A stretch of 64,000 nucleotides of DNA, taken from contig CBDDIJ010000003.1 of NCBI GenBank assembly GCA_965228855.1, positions 3,104,001 through 3,168,000 of the forward strand, given 5' to 3'. The DNA comes from Candidatus Obscuribacterales bacterium. GTDB lineage: Bacteria; Cyanobacteriota; Vampirovibrionia; Obscuribacterales; Obscuribacteraceae. Under the pieces are notes generated by a model. It did no database searches. It was not told where the DNA came from and worked only from the letters and a program-made list of their open reading frames with translations. Below, in pieces: positions 62,179 to 64,000 of this stretch. Made by a program: the position numbers and the translations under genes. The stretch's first letter is position 1. Each line of letters starts with the position of its first letter.

Positions 62179-63309
62179 CTAGTGATTCCGTTTTCGAGGT
62201 GGCGCGGGCAGGGGAGCTGTTTTCGTCCCTCTGCTTTGAGGAGGTTGCTTGATGTCATCTTCATCCGCCTCGGATGGATTGCGAAGCGTGTCCTCCAGGC
62301 TCTGGGCCGGCACAATCGGTGTTAGTTCTTCTGGAGTAGCTGGATTCATAATCGTCTTCGCCGCGCCTGGCGTTATCACGACACCTGAGATAGCCGCACT
62401 CACGCTGTTTGAAATACTTTCGACCAACTTGGCCGCAGTGTCGGCGTCGTAGTACTTGCCACCGGATGTCTTGGCGATGCAGTCAAGCTGATTTTTAGCG
62501 GATTTGTCGCCCTTCAAACCCAAACCAAGAACGTCCACTTTGAGCGCGATTCCGCGGGATGGTAGGGTTTGAATATAGCTACAAGGATTGAGACCACAGG
62601 TGTCTTCGCCGTCGCTAATCAGAATAATTGTTTTCTTGCCCTGAACGTGCGCAAGATCTCGCTCTGCACCATTTGCTAGAGCGTAGGTCAACGGAGTCAT
62701 CCCGGTCGGACGAATATCTCGAAGTTTATTCAAGATGGTCCGCCGATTGTTGGTTCCAGGCGGAACAAGAAGCGCTGTGGCTTTGCACTCCAGGCCTCCA
62801 CCGATGAATTGCCCAAATACTCGCAAACCTACATTTACATCGTGAGGAATTCGACCAAGCGCATTCTGCAAAACTCGCTTGGCTTCGTCCATCTTTTGAT
62901 TATCTCTGCCCAGTTTCTCTGTCATGCTGCGCGACGCATCCAGCAGAAAAAGAATGGTGACTGGACCGCCATCACGCTTGGTACCACCTTGCAGCATGGT
63001 TCCCTGCGTACCACCCTCAATCATCATTCCTTCGGTTCCGCCTTGCAGCGTTGTGGAACCGGTTCCACCTTGCAGAGTCGTCGAATCAGTTCCACCCTGC
63101 AGAGTAGCGGCTCCCGCTCCTCCTTGCAGCGCTCGAGAACGACCTCCGCCCTGCATCAAAATCAAGTCGGTATTGTGCTCGCCTTGAGCAAAAGCGGCAT
63201 TCTCAGCGAATCCTGAGAAGATAGCGAACGCGCATAGCCAGGAGATATATTTTCTATTCAAGCGTTTCGGTTTTTCTGACATGAGTTCTTGAGTTGAGTT
63301 TAACCCCAT
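62179..63309 (-). CDS. Secreted von Willebrand factor A domain protein with N-terminal (T/M)LQGG repeats
   Basis: MIDAS DASRSM, TPL, ISDGEDTC; signal peptide. Confidence 0.88.
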   Translation of the reverse strand: MGLNSTQELMSEKPKRLNRKYISWLCAFAIFSGFAENAAFAQGEHNTDLILMQGGGRSRALQGGAGAATLQGGTDSTTLQGGTGSTTLQGGTEGMMIEGGTQGTMLQGGTKRDGGPVTILFLLDASRSMTEKLGRDNQKMDEAKRVLQNALGRIPHDVNVGLRVFGQFIGGGLECKATALLVPPGTNNRRTILNKLRDIRPTGMTPLTYALANGAERDLAHVQGKKTIILISDGEDTCGLNPCSYIQTLPSRGIALKVDVLGLGLKGDKSAKNQLDCIAKTSGGKYYDADTAAKLVESISNSVSAAISGVVITPGAAKTIMNPATPEELTPIVPAQSLEDTLRNPSEADEDDIKQPPQSRGTKTAPLPAPPRKRNH

Positions 63310-63393
63310 TTAGCAACTGATTTCTAGCTGTTTTCTCTTGACTCGGAATTTTCATAAGCGAAGGTTGCTCCACCTCAGTTTACTCAATTGGAA

Positions 63394-63999
63394 TCAGTCT
63401 CGCTCATTTGAGCTGTCGTCAGACTTATCGCCAGAGGAGTAGGAGTAGCGAGACTGGCGGGTGGTCGGGATTTCCGCTTGTGCATCAAGTTCTCCATCGC
63501 TGGAGCTAACTGTGGACTTCTCGGTTTCGTTTTTCTCCGGGGCAAATGGATCGCCTGGTTTGCCAATTTCGAAGGGCTCGGTTGACGCCGGCTTCAATTC
63601 AGCCGGACGTGCCTGAAGACCAGGACTAGAAGGCTTTTCTGCAGCTGGAGAACTAGAGAGTCCGGACCCTGATGCTGCGGAACTCGATGCTGCGGAACCT
63701 GAGGCTCCAAAACTTGATGCTGATGGGCTCGAAGGCGTGGAACTGACAGGTGTTGAACTGGAATCGCCCGGTTTCTCTTTCATGTCCACGGGCTTGTTGC
63801 TCGAATCCGCAGGTTTGGAATCGGAGTCTTTGGATTTCGAGCTGCCATCACTGCTGGTGTCAGACTTTTCATCCTTCGGAATCGAAACCTTACCTTCTAC
63901 ATCCTCCTCATCGTGAACGTTCTTCACTAAAATTGTCCGCCGACTGATTGCTACAGCCTTATCGTCGGCGCCCATGTTCGCCCACACCGTCAAGTAATA
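63394..63999 (-). CDS. 3' part of a Ser/Pro-rich low-complexity protein, truncated by the window end
   Basis: Frame is open to the end of the window. Confidence 0.65.
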   Translation of the reverse strand, partial: YYLTVWANMGADDKAVAISRRTILVKNVHDEEDVEGKVSIPKDEKSDTSSDGSSKSKDSDSKPADSSNKPVDMKEKPGDSSSTPVSSTPSSPSASSFGASGSAASSSAASGSGLSSSPAAEKPSSPGLQARPAELKPASTEPFEIGKPGDPFAPEKNETEKSTVSSSDGELDAQAEIPTTRQSRYSYSSGDKSDDSSNERD

Positions 64000-64000
64000 C

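Overview
A 64-kb bacterial chromosomal window of moderate GC. The source is inferred to be a non-photosynthetic cyanobacterial relative (Vampirovibrionia/Melainabacteria, probably Obscuribacterales), based on cyanobacteria-like NdhF/NdhD and acyltransferase, futalosine-pathway mqnD, many Ser/Thr kinases, TPR and low-complexity proteins, and no photosynthesis genes in the window. Housekeeping genes include hemL, a peroxiredoxin/thioredoxin pair, rplU-rpmA, murE, mqnD, transaldolase, an LCP protein, 2-oxoacid:ferredoxin oxidoreductase and complex I L/M subunits. No rRNA, tRNA, transposase or CRISPR array was recognised. Most notable observations: (1) a low-complexity gene (34944->34123) whose frame continues through an in-frame UGA in the context GGG-[UGA]-GPGG-C-GG, with a strong stem-loop starting at the UGA, a candidate new selenoprotein/readthrough; (2) a 1-kb non-coding island between convergent genes (14401-15467) built from a 38-bp tandem array, two collinear 90-nt inverted arms with matching hairpins, a G-quadruplex-like 20-bp array and a 14-bp array; (3) a ribbon-helix-helix + acidic + RGG/GYG-repeat nucleolin-like protein; (4) three tandem kinase pairs, including kinase-TM-LRR receptor-like kinases and atypical kinases with divergent C-termini; (5) an anthrax-lethal-factor-like zincin next to a Pro/Gln/Tyr-rich matrixin. 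All family calls come from motif recognition by eye; no database searches were run.
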